44,297 bases of DNA from positions 1-44,297 of the forward strand of contig JAKZSX010000373.1 in NCBI GenBank assembly GCA_047517405.1, in the 5' to 3' direction. Below the pieces are notes generated by a model, which did no database searches, was not told the DNA's origin, and was given only the letters and a program-made list of their open reading frames with translations. The translations under genes and the position numbers were made by a program. Below are positions 9,210 through 20,161 of this stretch, piece after piece; position 1 is the first letter of the stretch; every line of letters begins with the position of its first letter. The stretch is from Candidatus Poribacteria bacterium (lineage in GTDB: Bacteria > Poribacteria > WGA-4E > PCPOR2b).

Positions 9210-10058
9210 TTACCCTTTTGCGATGGGTGCGCCGACAAGATTACCCCACTCGGTCCAGCTACCGTCGTAATTTCGGACCTTTTCGTAACCTAAGAGGTAC
9301 TTCAGCGCAAACCATGTGTGCGAGGAACGTTCGCCAATACGGCAGTAAGCAACCGTCTCTTTGTCCGGGTCTACGCCCGCACCTTCGTAGATTTCTTTCA
9401 GCTCGTCGTAAGATTTGAAGGTGCCATCTTCCGCCACCGCAGTTGCCCAGGGGATATTTGCTGCGCCCGGAATGCGTCCCGGACGTTGTGCCGTTTCGGG
9501 CAATCCTGGGGGTGCGATAATCTCACCGGTGAACTCAGCCGGAGAACGGACATCCACAAGGTTGACCACCCCCTGATCAAGCGTTGGGAGAACGTGGTCT
9601 TTTGTCGCCCGCACATTGTCATCGGGGAATTTTGCTTTGTAGTCGGTGACAGCCGGCGAAGGCGTATCCGTGACTAACTCGTGTCCCTCATCAATCCACT
9701 TCTGACGGCCACCATTCATTACCTTCAGCTTGCTCTCATCGTGCCCATAGTAGCGGAACTGCCACAGGGCATAGGTAGCGAACCAATTGTTATTGTCGCC
9801 GTAGAAGATAATTGCGGTATCATTGCTAATACCAGAATCCTGGCACAACTGTTCAAACTGCTCTTTTGTTAAAATATCACGTCGCACTTGGTCACACAAC
9901 TGGGTTTGCCAATTGAGTCCAACAGCACCGCTGATATGTCCTTCATCGTAAGCCGCCGTATCCACATCAACCTCCAACAAACGGACACCGGCATCGCTAC
10001 CATGCTCGGCAACCCAGTCGGTGGTCACTAACACTTCGGGCTGAGCGTAATCTGCCAT
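9210..10058 (-). CDS. Tandem-rhodanese sulfurtransferase (CysA/SseA type)
   Basis: GHISGAV, active loop YCRIGERSS, YDGSWTEW. Confidence 0.95.
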   Translation of the reverse strand: MADYAQPEVLVTTDWVAEHGSDAGVRLLEVDVDTAAYDEGHISGAVGLNWQTQLCDQVRRDILTKEQFEQLCQDSGISNDTAIIFYGDNNNWFATYALWQFRYYGHDESKLKVMNGGRQKWIDEGHELVTDTPSPAVTDYKAKFPDDNVRATKDHVLPTLDQGVVNLVDVRSPAEFTGEIIAPPGLPETAQRPGRIPGAANIPWATAVAEDGTFKSYDELKEIYEGAGVDPDKETVAYCRIGERSSHTWFALKYLLGYEKVRNYDGSWTEWGNLVGAPIAKG

Positions 10059-10169
10059 AATAAAAACCTCCTACCTTAATTTGAAAATTGATACACTTTG
10101 TGGTTTGAGTGGGAGATATAGGTAATGTCCCACCTATTCTTTCCTTACCCTTCGAATCAAGTTAGAATT

Positions 10170-10246
10170 GTAGGGAATGCAAATTTCGACCCTGCTGCGC
10201 CGTTCTGATGCTTAGGAATCGTACAAGATACCTATAATTATCGCAC
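10170..10246. repeat. Degenerate ~78-bp direct repeat, copy 2
   Basis: GTAGGGAATGCAAAT...GGAATCGTACAAGATACCTA. Confidence 0.7.
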
Positions 10247-10396
10247 ATCTGCATTCTGTACAAGCAATCGTAGCATATTTTCGATAGAAATACAAGTTTT
10301 TTGGTAGGATGCGCAGTGGAAGGATTGATAAGAAAGGACAAAACCGAAGGGACGAGATTTGATGGCAGTATTTAATTAAATATCCGTAGAGTTTAA

Positions 10397-12463
10397 TTAC
10401 GCCATATTCAAAAAAAGATTCCCACCTTCAGCCACACGGACACGAACCCAAGGTTCAATCCAGATGGTCGTGTCCGGCTGTTCGATGACAGCGGGTCCGG
10501 AGAAATTACTTCCCCAAGGAAGGAGTGAGCGGTCATAGATGGGACATGCCATAAACCGATCTTCTACATAGACAGGTCTGGTGCTCTTCTGCGCGTCTTG
10601 CAAAGTGGTTTTTGGACTGGAAATAAAGTCTTTCAGTGACAGGTCTGGACGCATGCCTATCACAGAGGTACGAAGGTTTAACAGGCGAATAGGGATGCTC
10701 TCCAATAACGTTTCTAATCCGCTAAACGTCTCGTCAACTTGCCCGTATTGCCGGAGATAGGCGCGACGAAAACTTTCCGCGATAACAAGGGGCGATACGG
10801 GTCCTGCCGGTAGTGGCGTCCGTATGACATGTGTTTGACCCTCGTAGGAAATTTCCGCTTCTCGCAAAACAGTTACCTGTGTCAGAGGAACTCGTTCACT
10901 CTCGATTAGCTGCTCTCCTTGTGCAAGGTGTTCAGCAAAAATTCGCTCTGCTTCGGCCGGATCGAGCTCAGAGAGGCGACGGTTGATCATGGTCACGAAA
11001 TCGTGCTGGAGGTCGGCGATAACACACCCCCATGCGGAAGCGAGGCCTGGATAGTAGGGTACAAGTGCTTGCGAAACGCCGAGTTCCCGGAGCAGGAAAC
11101 TAACCATTAAGGGACCTCCACCCCCGAATGAAAAAAGGACGAAATCTCGCGGATCATGTCCACGGTCAATAGAGATGCGCCGGATATTACCGGCGATTCG
11201 GTTATTTGCTATGGTGAGAATTGCCAGTGCTGCTTCTTCTAAGGAGAGACCAAGCGGTTTCCCAATCTTCTCGGTGAGAACGGATCGTGCCGTATCAAGA
11301 TCGAATGAGAAATCGGTCTCTCTAGCGATAGGATAGTCTGGATTGATTCGCCCCAGAACCACATTCGCATCGGTAACTGTGGGTTCAGTTCCACCCAGCC
11401 CATAGCAGACGGGACCCGGTTCAGCGCCGGCGCTATCGGGTCCCACTTGGAGAAGGCCTCCCTCATCGATTCGAGCGATACTGCCGCCACCTGCACCAAT
11501 GGTATGAATATCGATCATCGACACCATGATTGGGATACCAAACTCCGGTTCTATTCCGTTTGAGACTACCGGCTTGCCTTCTGTCACCAATGACACATCT
11601 AGACTCGTCCCCCCCATATCGTAACCAATCAGGTTCTGAAAACCGTTTTCCGCGGCAATTTTGGTGGCAGCGATAACCCCGGCTGCGGGTCCTGACAGGA
11701 TGGTATTTACTGAAAAGTCCCTAGCCGCTTCTACTGACATCATCCCGCCATTGGACTGCATAATGAGAAGATTTCCACCATAACCGCGTTCCTCCAAGCA
11801 TTGTTCAAGCCGAGCCAAGTAACGACTTACTATCGGCTGAACGTAGGCATTTACGGCAGCGGTGCTGGTTCGTTCGAACTCACGGAAGAGCGGGAGGATA
11901 TCTGCTGACGCAACGATATAAAGCTTGGGAAAGCGTGTTTCGAGAAGAGCTTTGGCACTGCGTTCATTGGTGGGATTGATATAAGCGTTAAGGAAGCTGA
12001 TGACAATGGCTTCGACGCCGTCAGCCGCTAGTTCTTCAGCAGCCGAGATTACCTCCTCCTCCGCTAGGGGGACGAGAATTTCACCTTCTGCCGAGATACG
12101 CTCGGCAACCTCTTTGCGTCGATCTCGCGGGATTAACGGTTCATAAGATCCCGTAAGTCCATAAAGGTGCGGCCGATCGCGACGCCTCAGTTCCAAGATA
12201 TCCCGAAAACCGCGCGTTGCAATCAGACCGCAGCGCACACCTTTGCGTTCCAAGATGGCGTTGGTCGCCACAGTGGTCCCATGGATGACCAGTTCGATAT
12301 CAGGATAGGACACCTCAAGTGCATCCAAGCCAGTAATTAAGCCGATAGATAGCTCACGTGGCGTGGTTGAAGCCTTTCCAATTTGTAGACACCTTTGGTT
12401 TTCATCTAAAACGACAATATCGGTGAAAGTACCGCCAATATCGACACCAACGAGTTTTCCCAT
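10397..12463 (-). CDS. Hydantoinase A / 5-oxoprolinase ATP-binding subunit
   Basis: GVDIGGTFTD, HGTTVATNA, SGPAAG, DMGGTS, GAGGGS, PTVTDAN. Confidence 0.93.
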   Translation of the reverse strand: MGKLVGVDIGGTFTDIVVLDENQRCLQIGKASTTPRELSIGLITGLDALEVSYPDIELVIHGTTVATNAILERKGVRCGLIATRGFRDILELRRRDRPHLYGLTGSYEPLIPRDRRKEVAERISAEGEILVPLAEEEVISAAEELAADGVEAIVISFLNAYINPTNERSAKALLETRFPKLYIVASADILPLFREFERTSTAAVNAYVQPIVSRYLARLEQCLEERGYGGNLLIMQSNGGMMSVEAARDFSVNTILSGPAAGVIAATKIAAENGFQNLIGYDMGGTSLDVSLVTEGKPVVSNGIEPEFGIPIMVSMIDIHTIGAGGGSIARIDEGGLLQVGPDSAGAEPGPVCYGLGGTEPTVTDANVVLGRINPDYPIARETDFSFDLDTARSVLTEKIGKPLGLSLEEAALAILTIANNRIAGNIRRISIDRGHDPRDFVLFSFGGGGPLMVSFLLRELGVSQALVPYYPGLASAWGCVIADLQHDFVTMINRRLSELDPAEAERIFAEHLAQGEQLIESERVPLTQVTVLREAEISYEGQTHVIRTPLPAGPVSPLVIAESFRRAYLRQYGQVDETFSGLETLLESIPIRLLNLRTSVIGMRPDLSLKDFISSPKTTLQDAQKSTRPVYVEDRFMACPIYDRSLLPWGSNFSGPAVIEQPDTTIWIEPWVRVRVAEGGNLFLNMA

Positions 12464-12530
12464 AAAATCGTCGCAGGTCTCTGTACAGAGAGTGCTCTCC
12501 TCTTTCTATACGCTACGTTTTGCCCTTAGA

Positions 12531-12820
12531 GTAGGTCAAGATTCACAGTCCGGCACCGGAATGTCGGTCTTGGAAAATAGACCTACGGAAATCCGAAGCT
12601 GTCTTAAACACATCAGAGGTAGTTCAATTTGTAAGTTATCCACAATAACCTAACAAAATCTAACACTTTTCACAATGTTCTAGAATCTCGATTTTAGATA
12701 ATTGACCGACAGAAATCCGAAGTTATCTCAAGTGCATCAGGGGTAAATTTGTCAAATGTCAACAGAACCTTGTTGTCGCTCCGCTATGGCTATGGGTCGG
12801 GCAAGATGCGCGACCTACGG
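12531..12820. repeat. Composite intergenic repeat cluster (family B end plus GTAG hairpins)
   Basis: AAATGTCAACAGAACCT (12754-12770) is the reverse complement of the 43016 element end; two degenerate GAAATCCGAAG.. copies at ~12588 and ~12712; GGTCGGGCAAGATGCGCGACCTACGG at ~12795-12820. Confidence 0.65.
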
Positions 12821-12947
12821 GTATGTTCTAGACCACGGCATATTGCTTTAAATCCCAATCCATTGGGACAGAGGATACCTACTACTTTGTGGCAACTCGC
12901 GTTATGATAACATCTTCAATATTCACTGTCAAGTATCAAGGTAACAG

Positions 12948-14021
12948 CTATTGGAGACTTGCTCCGTTTTTTTCCTCGTCGCCAGCCATGGTATCAGTTT
13001 CTGACAGCGAGGCGGTACCAGATGGGGGCTGGATACCGAGATTGGCACGAATCTTAGCCTCTATCTCGGCGGCAATTTCAGGGTGTTCTACTATAAAATA
13101 TTTAGCATTATCCCTGCCCTGTCCAAGCCGTTCATCGTTATAAGAAAACCAGGCACCACTTTTCCGAACAATTTCCGCGTCTATACCTACATCCAAGATC
13201 TGCCCGATTTTACAGATGCCTTGGCCAAAGATAACGTCAAATTCAGCTTGGCGGAATGGTGGGGCAACCTTGTTTTTGGCAACCTTCACGCGGCTGCGGT
13301 TTCCGATTATCTTCTCACCATCCTTCAGACTCTCCGCCCGACGCATCTCGAGTCTCACCGATGCGTGAAATTTGAGTGCTAGCCCACCAGGGGTCGTTTC
13401 TGGATTCCCAAACATGACACCAATTTTCTGTCGAATCTGGTTGGTGAAAACCACACAGGTTTTGGATTTGTTGGTGACGCCGGACAGTTTACGCAAGGCT
13501 TTGGACATCAAACGTGGTAACAGTCCAACATGGGCGTCCGCCATGCTTCCTTCAACCTCCGCTTGAGGGGTGAGTGCTGCAACGGAATCAATGACCACAA
13601 TATCAACCGCCCCACTACGCACCAAGGTTTCAACGATGTCTAACGCCTGTTCCCCGGTATCCGGCTGGGAAATCAGGAGGTTTTCCATGTTGACACCAAT
13701 CTGTTTGGCATACAGTGGGTCGAGCGCATGTTCGACATCAACAAATGCTGCCAGACCCTCCTGCTTCTGTGCCTCTGCAATAATGTGAAGTGCAAGCGTG
13801 GTTTTACCGCTAGCTTCATGCCCAAAGATTTCAACAATTCGTCCACGAGGAACGCCGCCAACCCCCAGCGCAATGTCTAATGCCAGCGAACCTGTGGGGA
13901 TGACCGTGACAGGGACGACTTCGTCGCTATCAAGACGCATAATCGCGCCTTTGCCGTGCTGCCGCTCAATTTGAGAGATTGCAAGATCTATCGCTTTCTG
14001 CTTGTCCATACTCAATTCCAT
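12948..14021 (-). CDS. recA: Recombinase A
   Basis: [48 protein letters not shown]. Confidence 0.98.
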   Translation of the reverse strand: MELSMDKQKAIDLAISQIERQHGKGAIMRLDSDEVVPVTVIPTGSLALDIALGVGGVPRGRIVEIFGHEASGKTTLALHIIAEAQKQEGLAAFVDVEHALDPLYAKQIGVNMENLLISQPDTGEQALDIVETLVRSGAVDIVVIDSVAALTPQAEVEGSMADAHVGLLPRLMSKALRKLSGVTNKSKTCVVFTNQIRQKIGVMFGNPETTPGGLALKFHASVRLEMRRAESLKDGEKIIGNRSRVKVAKNKVAPPFRQAEFDVIFGQGICKIGQILDVGIDAEIVRKSGAWFSYNDERLGQGRDNAKYFIVEHPEIAAEIEAKIRANLGIQPPSGTASLSETDTMAGDEEKNGASLQ

Positions 14022-14153
14022 TTTGTTAATTCTCCTTATTATGGATTAGAATCTTTTCAACGAGTTAATTTTACCATAACAAATGTTAAAAATCAACAAA
14101 AAAAACGGAGTAACACCTAAATATAAAATTGAGTCACTGAGCAAGTGCGGTTT

Positions 14154-16457
14154 TCAGGAAAGCTGCGGCTCTGGCAGATTCAGGTGGTGGTGCAGAAAGC
14201 GAAATGTCCCTTGCCCGTTGATCTCATGTCCGCTGTTAAAGAACTCAATCTCCGTCCGATTGGAGATGCCAAGATCGGCATACAAGTGTCTTACGATTGC
14301 GTATTCGTAGGCGACCCACTCGTCCGGGGCAACGCCATCGTTATGTCCGCGCTCGACCATAAACGGTCTGGGTGCAATCAACCACGCCATCTCTGCGTAG
14401 TTGAAAGTGTTACCAAGATTGAATTCTGGCATCTCATACTCGCCGGTAAACATGTAGCTGTAGCGAGAATCGTATGTCGCATTTTTGACGATCCACTCAT
14501 TGAAATCTGCTGAGCAGATAGACAACGCATAGCCGTCGAGAAGTGCAGGTACACGCATGGCGGTCTTGCCACCGTAGGAGAGTCCGTAGAATCCGATCCG
14601 CTCAGAGTCCACAAAAGATTGTTCCGCAAGCCATTCAAGTGTCCGTTCGTGCTGGATGATGATCAGCGAAAAAAGCGACCATTTGATGGGATTTGCTTTG
14701 CGCTGGATGACTCGAAAAGCGTCCTGACCGATGTAGGGGTTTTGCGGCGCGTAGACTACAAACCCTCGATTTGCCAAATCAGCACCGTAGGCGTTGTACG
14801 GGGATTCGATTTTTGGATCGACCACATCCTGCGAGCGGCCCTCCAGTCCATGCTGGCAGACCACCACCGGACGACGTTCATCTGACTTGATCCCTTTGGG
14901 CACTAGCAGGATACCGTACGCGAACGCATCCTCCCAAACATCAAGAACAACTTCATATCCCTTAAAACCCGGTTCATCGTGAATCAGCCGAGTCCGGGGA
15001 TTGGCTGGAACACTCGGCGACGGGCATCTGCCGATGACCTCATCCCAGAGAAAGTCGCGATAGTATTGGCAGGTTTCCTGCCACCGTTCGATTGAGGAGT
15101 TATCTGCTTTTGACCAAAGCACCTGACGCCGAGATGCGGCTTGACGCAGGGCATCTTGTGTAAATGCAATCAGTTGATGAAATTGGCGGTGTTGCCGTGT
15201 TTCAGACGAAAAAGCTGTGCGGATGTCCTGTGGCGGCGTTCCCGATGGAACAAGCGGCTGATCTTGACGGAGTGCGTTAAGGAAACCGGTCAGGGCAGAA
15301 TCGGATCCGGGCAAACCAACACCGGTGTCCGATCCTACAAGGGTGAGATTCTGCCCAACCCCCAATCGCTCATACAATGCATGAGCCCGATCAAATTCTG
15401 CCTTCACCGATTCCAGTGGCGGCGAAACCAACCTCCCCGGTGCGGCACCGGCGCGTCCATCACGTACCGGTGGAGGCGCGTCAATCTCAACGCCACAGCT
15501 AGCTTCGACAATCAGCGTCCGCGGTGCAATAAGGCTCGCGATCTCTGCATCGCCAAATTCGTGCAACAGTGCCCAAATATTTCGATAAATTGGTTCTTCC
15601 CAGACCTCTTCGCGTGACTGAAAATAGCCGCTGACGACAGCGGCATCGATCCGTGTATCCACGGCAGCACTGTAAAGCGTCAACAATCCTCCCTCGCCAT
15701 ACCCGATGGCTCCAATCGGCGGATGATTGTCCTCGCGGCTCATCCAATCCACCAACGCAAGGATCTTTTGCACCTCGTAACCGATGATGTGTCGCCCCAA
15801 TTCAAAAGCCATACGGTAGATAAATTCACGGTGCGGCTGGTTGGTCATGCGACCAATTTTCGGATTGCCTGACCATGTGTCGTCACGGTTTATCAGTGTG
15901 GGCACCACAACCCGGCATCCCTGTTCCGCCAAGCGGCGGGCAAACTGTGCCTCCTGCGATATTCCGTCCGCTAACCCGACGAGCATCTCCGGCGTCCTGT
16001 CTGCATCGGGGAGTGCGATAACTTGGGCAACAGGCTCACCATCCGGTTCTAGCAGAAGTCCTTCTCCCTCTACACCGTCGAATACGTACCACCGCACGGC
16101 GTATACAGTATAACCTTTTGCCTTTGCAATTTCGGCTGTTTGTGCCGTTGTCGCAATATAGTGGAGAGCATCAATCGGTGTTCTCTCATCTACGCAGCCG
16201 ATATACTTTCTGAAACGCTCACAATTTGGCGCAATCGAAGCAGTATAAGCCTCGTGCGAGTGATAATTCCGATTCCACAGCCGTTGACGCGATTCGACGG
16301 AGTCCGTCACCGCCTGCGCCACAAATTCATCCAAACTTGTAACCATTTGGGCAGCGAGATCGCCACCTATCGTTAAAGGGTTTGTCCCCGATAAGGTGTC
16401 AAGCTCTGCCGATGACGCTGAAGCTAAAAACCAAAGACCAAATGTAGAAGTATTCAT
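14154..16457 (-). CDS. Tandem alpha/beta-hydrolase (dienelactone hydrolase-like)
   Basis: Two hydrolase domains: C-terminal CQHGLEG, GLSYGG, IAPRPF; the N-terminal elbow GYGEGG lacks the Ser. Confidence 0.8.
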   Translation of the reverse strand: MNTSTFGLWFLASASSAELDTLSGTNPLTIGGDLAAQMVTSLDEFVAQAVTDSVESRQRLWNRNYHSHEAYTASIAPNCERFRKYIGCVDERTPIDALHYIATTAQTAEIAKAKGYTVYAVRWYVFDGVEGEGLLLEPDGEPVAQVIALPDADRTPEMLVGLADGISQEAQFARRLAEQGCRVVVPTLINRDDTWSGNPKIGRMTNQPHREFIYRMAFELGRHIIGYEVQKILALVDWMSREDNHPPIGAIGYGEGGLLTLYSAAVDTRIDAAVVSGYFQSREEVWEEPIYRNIWALLHEFGDAEIASLIAPRTLIVEASCGVEIDAPPPVRDGRAGAAPGRLVSPPLESVKAEFDRAHALYERLGVGQNLTLVGSDTGVGLPGSDSALTGFLNALRQDQPLVPSGTPPQDIRTAFSSETRQHRQFHQLIAFTQDALRQAASRRQVLWSKADNSSIERWQETCQYYRDFLWDEVIGRCPSPSVPANPRTRLIHDEPGFKGYEVVLDVWEDAFAYGILLVPKGIKSDERRPVVVCQHGLEGRSQDVVDPKIESPYNAYGADLANRGFVVYAPQNPYIGQDAFRVIQRKANPIKWSLFSLIIIQHERTLEWLAEQSFVDSERIGFYGLSYGGKTAMRVPALLDGYALSICSADFNEWIVKNATYDSRYSYMFTGEYEMPEFNLGNTFNYAEMAWLIAPRPFMVERGHNDGVAPDEWVAYEYAIVRHLYADLGISNRTEIEFFNSGHEINGQGTFRFLHHHLNLPEPQLS

Positions 16458-16477
16458 AGGAGACCCTCCTCTACGTT

Positions 16478-17665
16478 TTATAGAACCTCATCCTGCTTCA
16501 ATTGATTAACTTCCTCAGCCTCCAACCCTAATAAGCCAGTCAAAACTTCCGATGTGTGCTCACCGAGATTCGGTGCGGGGGCATCGATCTGGCCGGGCGT
16601 CTCTGAGAGTTTGATTGGAATCCCCGGAATCTGAACGGTGCCGGTTACCTCATGTTCGACTTCAGCGATCATGTCTCGTGCTAGCACCTGGGGATCGTTT
16701 ACTACTTTGTCAATGGTGTTTACCGGACCACACGGCACGCCGACCTCCTCCAACGCCTCAACCCATGCATCGGTGGTGCGGCGGCACATGATTTCAGCAA
16801 GGATTGGAAAAAGGGACTCATGGTTCTCAGTGCGCAGTGCATTCGTGTGAAACCGCTCATTGTCAATCAACTCAGGATGATTGACATGTTCACAAAACTT
16901 CCGCCACAACTCATTGTTTCCGATTGCAATAACCACATAGCCATCGGCGGACTCAAAAACCTCAAACGGTGTTATTGCCGGGTGCCGTCTACCCAGCGGG
17001 CGTGGAATATCACCGGTAGAGAAGTAGCGAACCATTGCATTTTCCAAGATTGCAACTTGACAATCGAGCATCCCAACGTCAATGAGCTGCCCTTCGCCAG
17101 TTTGATCGCGATGCCGAAGTGCGGAGAGGATGCCGATAGCGGTGAATAACGCCGAGGTTATATCGCCAATCGAGGTTCCCACACGCACGGGTGGACGGTC
17201 TGGCTCACCAGTTATGCTGATAATTCCGCCCATCCCCTGAATAATCATATCGTATGCTCCCCGCATTGCATACGGTCCCGTCTGCCCGAACCCTGAACAG
17301 GCAGCATAGAGCAGAGACGGGTGGTGTGCCTTAAGCGATTCGTAACCCAAGCCAAGTTTTTCCATTGTCCCAGGTCGAAAATTCTCAACAAGGATGTCCG
17401 AACCCTTGACCAATTCTAGAAAGAGCTCCTTACCGCGTGGAGCCTTCAGGTTCAATGTAACACTTTTTTTCCCCCGATTGACGCTCATAAAGTAGAGGCT
17501 AAAGTCGTTCTTGAAGGGACCGAAATCCCTTGCTTCATCCCCGACCCCCGGCTGCTCAATCTTGATTACCTCCGCGCCGAGGTCTCGCAGGATCATCGTT
17601 GCATAGGGACCTGCCAAAATGCGCGTGAGATCTAAAACCCGTATTCCTTTCAATGGACCTGCCAT
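16478..17665 (-). CDS. CoA-transferase family III (CaiB/BaiF)
   Basis: PLKGIRVLDLTRILAGP, NRGKKS, ENFRPG, GFGQTGPY, APNLGEHT. Confidence 0.95.
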   Translation of the reverse strand: MAGPLKGIRVLDLTRILAGPYATMILRDLGAEVIKIEQPGVGDEARDFGPFKNDFSLYFMSVNRGKKSVTLNLKAPRGKELFLELVKGSDILVENFRPGTMEKLGLGYESLKAHHPSLLYAACSGFGQTGPYAMRGAYDMIIQGMGGIISITGEPDRPPVRVGTSIGDITSALFTAIGILSALRHRDQTGEGQLIDVGMLDCQVAILENAMVRYFSTGDIPRPLGRRHPAITPFEVFESADGYVVIAIGNNELWRKFCEHVNHPELIDNERFHTNALRTENHESLFPILAEIMCRRTTDAWVEALEEVGVPCGPVNTIDKVVNDPQVLARDMIAEVEHEVTGTVQIPGIPIKLSETPGQIDAPAPNLGEHTSEVLTGLLGLEAEEVNQLKQDEVL

Positions 17666-17903
17666 CTAGCTTCCTTTCTATCTTTAAGGATAATATTGTT
17701 CCCTATTTTACCATACTTTATGCTCTATTTGTAGGGGACAGCATCCTTCTCTCAATTATTTGTCCCCGCTATCCTTTGCTCTGTTTGATCTACGACCGAT
17801 TTTGGGGTTGACCGATACAATAGCGGTGTGTTAAGATTCCTTAAAGTGCACGCATTGACTGAGCCTTGTTAAATGGGGTTCACCTAAGAAAGGAAAGATA
17901 TCC

Positions 17904-18422
17904 TTGCCCAAAAAAATTGCCGTTTACCCTGGCAGCTTTGATCCACCCACCAATGGTCATGTGGATTTGATAAATCGCGTTTCTGCGCTTGCTGTTTTCG
18001 ATGAGTTGACTGTGTTAATCGGCATTAATCCCACTAAGAAGACGCGTTTCACCCTAGCGGAACGGATTGAGATGTTGGAGTCCGTCATCCAACCTCATCC
18101 GCACGTTACCATAGATCAGTATTCAGGACTCACAGCACAATATGCACAGGGGCGCGGTGCCTCCGTAATCATTCGAGGATTGCGAGCGTTTTCCGATTTT
18201 GAAAACGAGTTCCAGATGTCGCTGATGAATCGCCAAATTGCGCCGCAGGTGGATACGCTGTTTATGATGGCAAATACTAAGTATGCCCATTTAAGTTCAA
18301 CGCTGGTCATGCAGGTGGCACAGATGGGAGGGCTGCAGGTGAGCGATGAAAAGTTGTTAGAGATGATGCCGCCAGTTGTTGTTAAAATGCTAGGCAAGAA
18401 ATATAGACCACCGAGGAATTAA
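17904..18422 (+). CDS. coaD: Phosphopantetheine adenylyltransferase
   Basis: YPGSFDPPTNGH, RGLRAFSDFENE, LSST; TTG start after AAGGA. Confidence 0.96.
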   Translation: MPKKIAVYPGSFDPPTNGHVDLINRVSALAVFDELTVLIGINPTKKTRFTLAERIEMLESVIQPHPHVTIDQYSGLTAQYAQGRGASVIIRGLRAFSDFENEFQMSLMNRQIAPQVDTLFMMANTKYAHLSSTLVMQVAQMGGLQVSDEKLLEMMPPVVVKMLGKKYRPPRN

Positions 18423-18462
18423 AAACGCAGATCTAAACGAATAGAGTGAGGGACACCATACC

Positions 18463-18753
18463 ATGCGATTTATCCAACCTTGGCTATCTATTCTCGCGGT
18501 TTTTATGCTGCTGATTAGTTTATATCGATTTGTAGAGGGTTTTCAGAACTGGCAGGAAGCCCGCCAAATCAAACAACAATCTTTGGATGAGTTAACAGAA
18601 CTTGAACGCGAGCGAGATCGCTTAAAGATTCGGGTGGAAAAATTGAAGACGGATGAACTCACGAAAGAGCGACTGGCGCGACGACTCACCTATATTAAAC
18701 CCGGTGAGCTAGTATACAAGATTGTTCCGTCCCCCAATACCCCCCAAGAATAA
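18463..18753 (+). CDS. Septum formation initiator (FtsB/DivIC family)
   Basis: N-terminal TM helix, coiled coil, ERLARRLTYIKPGE. Confidence 0.8.
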   Translation: MRFIQPWLSILAVFMLLISLYRFVEGFQNWQEARQIKQQSLDELTELERERDRLKIRVEKLKTDELTKERLARRLTYIKPGELVYKIVPSPNTPQE

Positions 18754-18860
18754 AGCTTAGCCCGTTGTAGGTTATAAAGAGCTTTGATGCGAAAAAAAAT
18801 TAAGTTCTCGGAGCTGTCGTAATTGACTCAACTTCAGTGTAGCAGCCTTTGAAATCTCGC

Positions 18861-20009
18861 TCACCGACCAATACGCCGCAACGGATAAAACAGGCAGACA
18901 GATACCGCAACAAGCAGAGCCGTGGAGATCCAGCAGGGGATTTGGAAGGTTTCAGGTGTGTATAGTTTTCCGGCAAACGGAGGTCCCAATACTCGTCCGA
19001 GGCTGAGAAAAGCGTCCATAACGCCGATTGTGGCTCCTTGACCAAACTTGGTTTGCTTAGAAATCCACGAGGTATTTGTCGGGCGGATAAGCTGATTGCC
19101 GATTCCAGCAATTGACAAATAAAGGGTAAGCGTCACAAATGTTTTGGACCAAGGGAGCAGTGCCATCCCCAAAGCGTTAAGCAGCAAGCCGATAATAATC
19201 AGTTTGAACTCTCCAAAGATGTTGATCAACTGTCCTAAAACACCACCCTGTAGGAGAGCAACGAGTATCCCCACAATCACAAACATCATGCCCATCTCTT
19301 TTGCTCCATAGTTCAGTCGATCTTTGATGAATAGTGGAAAGATTGCCTCCAATCCTGAAAAGATGAACGCTGAGAAAAAAGCAACGAGAAAGAGCGGCGT
19401 CAGCGGGTGATTCATCGCTGACCATGGAGAAATAGTTACCTGCTGCGTATCGCATTGCTCGGCGAGTTTGAGGGATTCCGGCAAAAGGAGTATGGCAAAG
19501 CAGAAAGTGACTAACGATAATCCACCGGCGACGAAGAATGGTAGGCTATGGTTGCCCATGATTCCGCCGATGCCGGGCCCAAAAATAAAACCCAATCCCA
19601 TTGCAGCACCCATCAATCCCATCCCCTTTCCCCGGTCCTTCTCTGTCGTTACATCTGCGACATAAGCCATTACCGTTGGTAAAATAGCTGAGGAGCACAC
19701 GCCCGATAAACCACGCGCGATGAACAACCAAGGTAAGGTCTTTGCTGCGCCAAATAGAGCTAGCGCACCTGCATTACCAATAAGTCCCATCAGGATTGCT
19801 GGTCTCCGACCGCATCGATCAGAGATGTGTCCCCACATCGGCGCAAAAATTAATTGCATCGCCGAGTAGATACCTATCAAGAATCCAATCTGCGCGGCAC
19901 TTGCCCCCAACTCCTCCGCGTAATATGCGAGATGCGGGATGATGACACCAAAGCCGAGCATGACCAGGAACATCGTCAAAAACAGGATTGTTAAGGCACT
20001 TTTCCTCAT
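18861..20009 (-). CDS. MFS transporter (TetA/TCR-like)
   Basis: Motif A GHISDRCGRRP, GFIFGPGIGG, about 12 TM segments. Confidence 0.9.
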   Translation of the reverse strand: MRKSALTILFLTMFLVMLGFGVIIPHLAYYAEELGASAAQIGFLIGIYSAMQLIFAPMWGHISDRCGRRPAILMGLIGNAGALALFGAAKTLPWLFIARGLSGVCSSAILPTVMAYVADVTTEKDRGKGMGLMGAAMGLGFIFGPGIGGIMGNHSLPFFVAGGLSLVTFCFAILLLPESLKLAEQCDTQQVTISPWSAMNHPLTPLFLVAFFSAFIFSGLEAIFPLFIKDRLNYGAKEMGMMFVIVGILVALLQGGVLGQLINIFGEFKLIIIGLLLNALGMALLPWSKTFVTLTLYLSIAGIGNQLIRPTNTSWISKQTKFGQGATIGVMDAFLSLGRVLGPPFAGKLYTPETFQIPCWISTALLVAVSVCLFYPLRRIGR

Positions 20010-20161
20010 GCGTTATATCGCTTTATAGCATGCATGCGGTCCGTAATAGGTACGGGGACTCGCCGATTATAGAAATTCGAGAAACGTCCAAAATTTTGGA
20101 CTATATTCCAGACTGGAGTTAGTGTACAATTAAGGATAAAACTTAACATAAGGAGGCAAAA

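Noticed and set aside
18861-20009. Acquired tetracycline resistance gene
   Set aside because: Generic TCR-like MFS with no tetR and no mobile context
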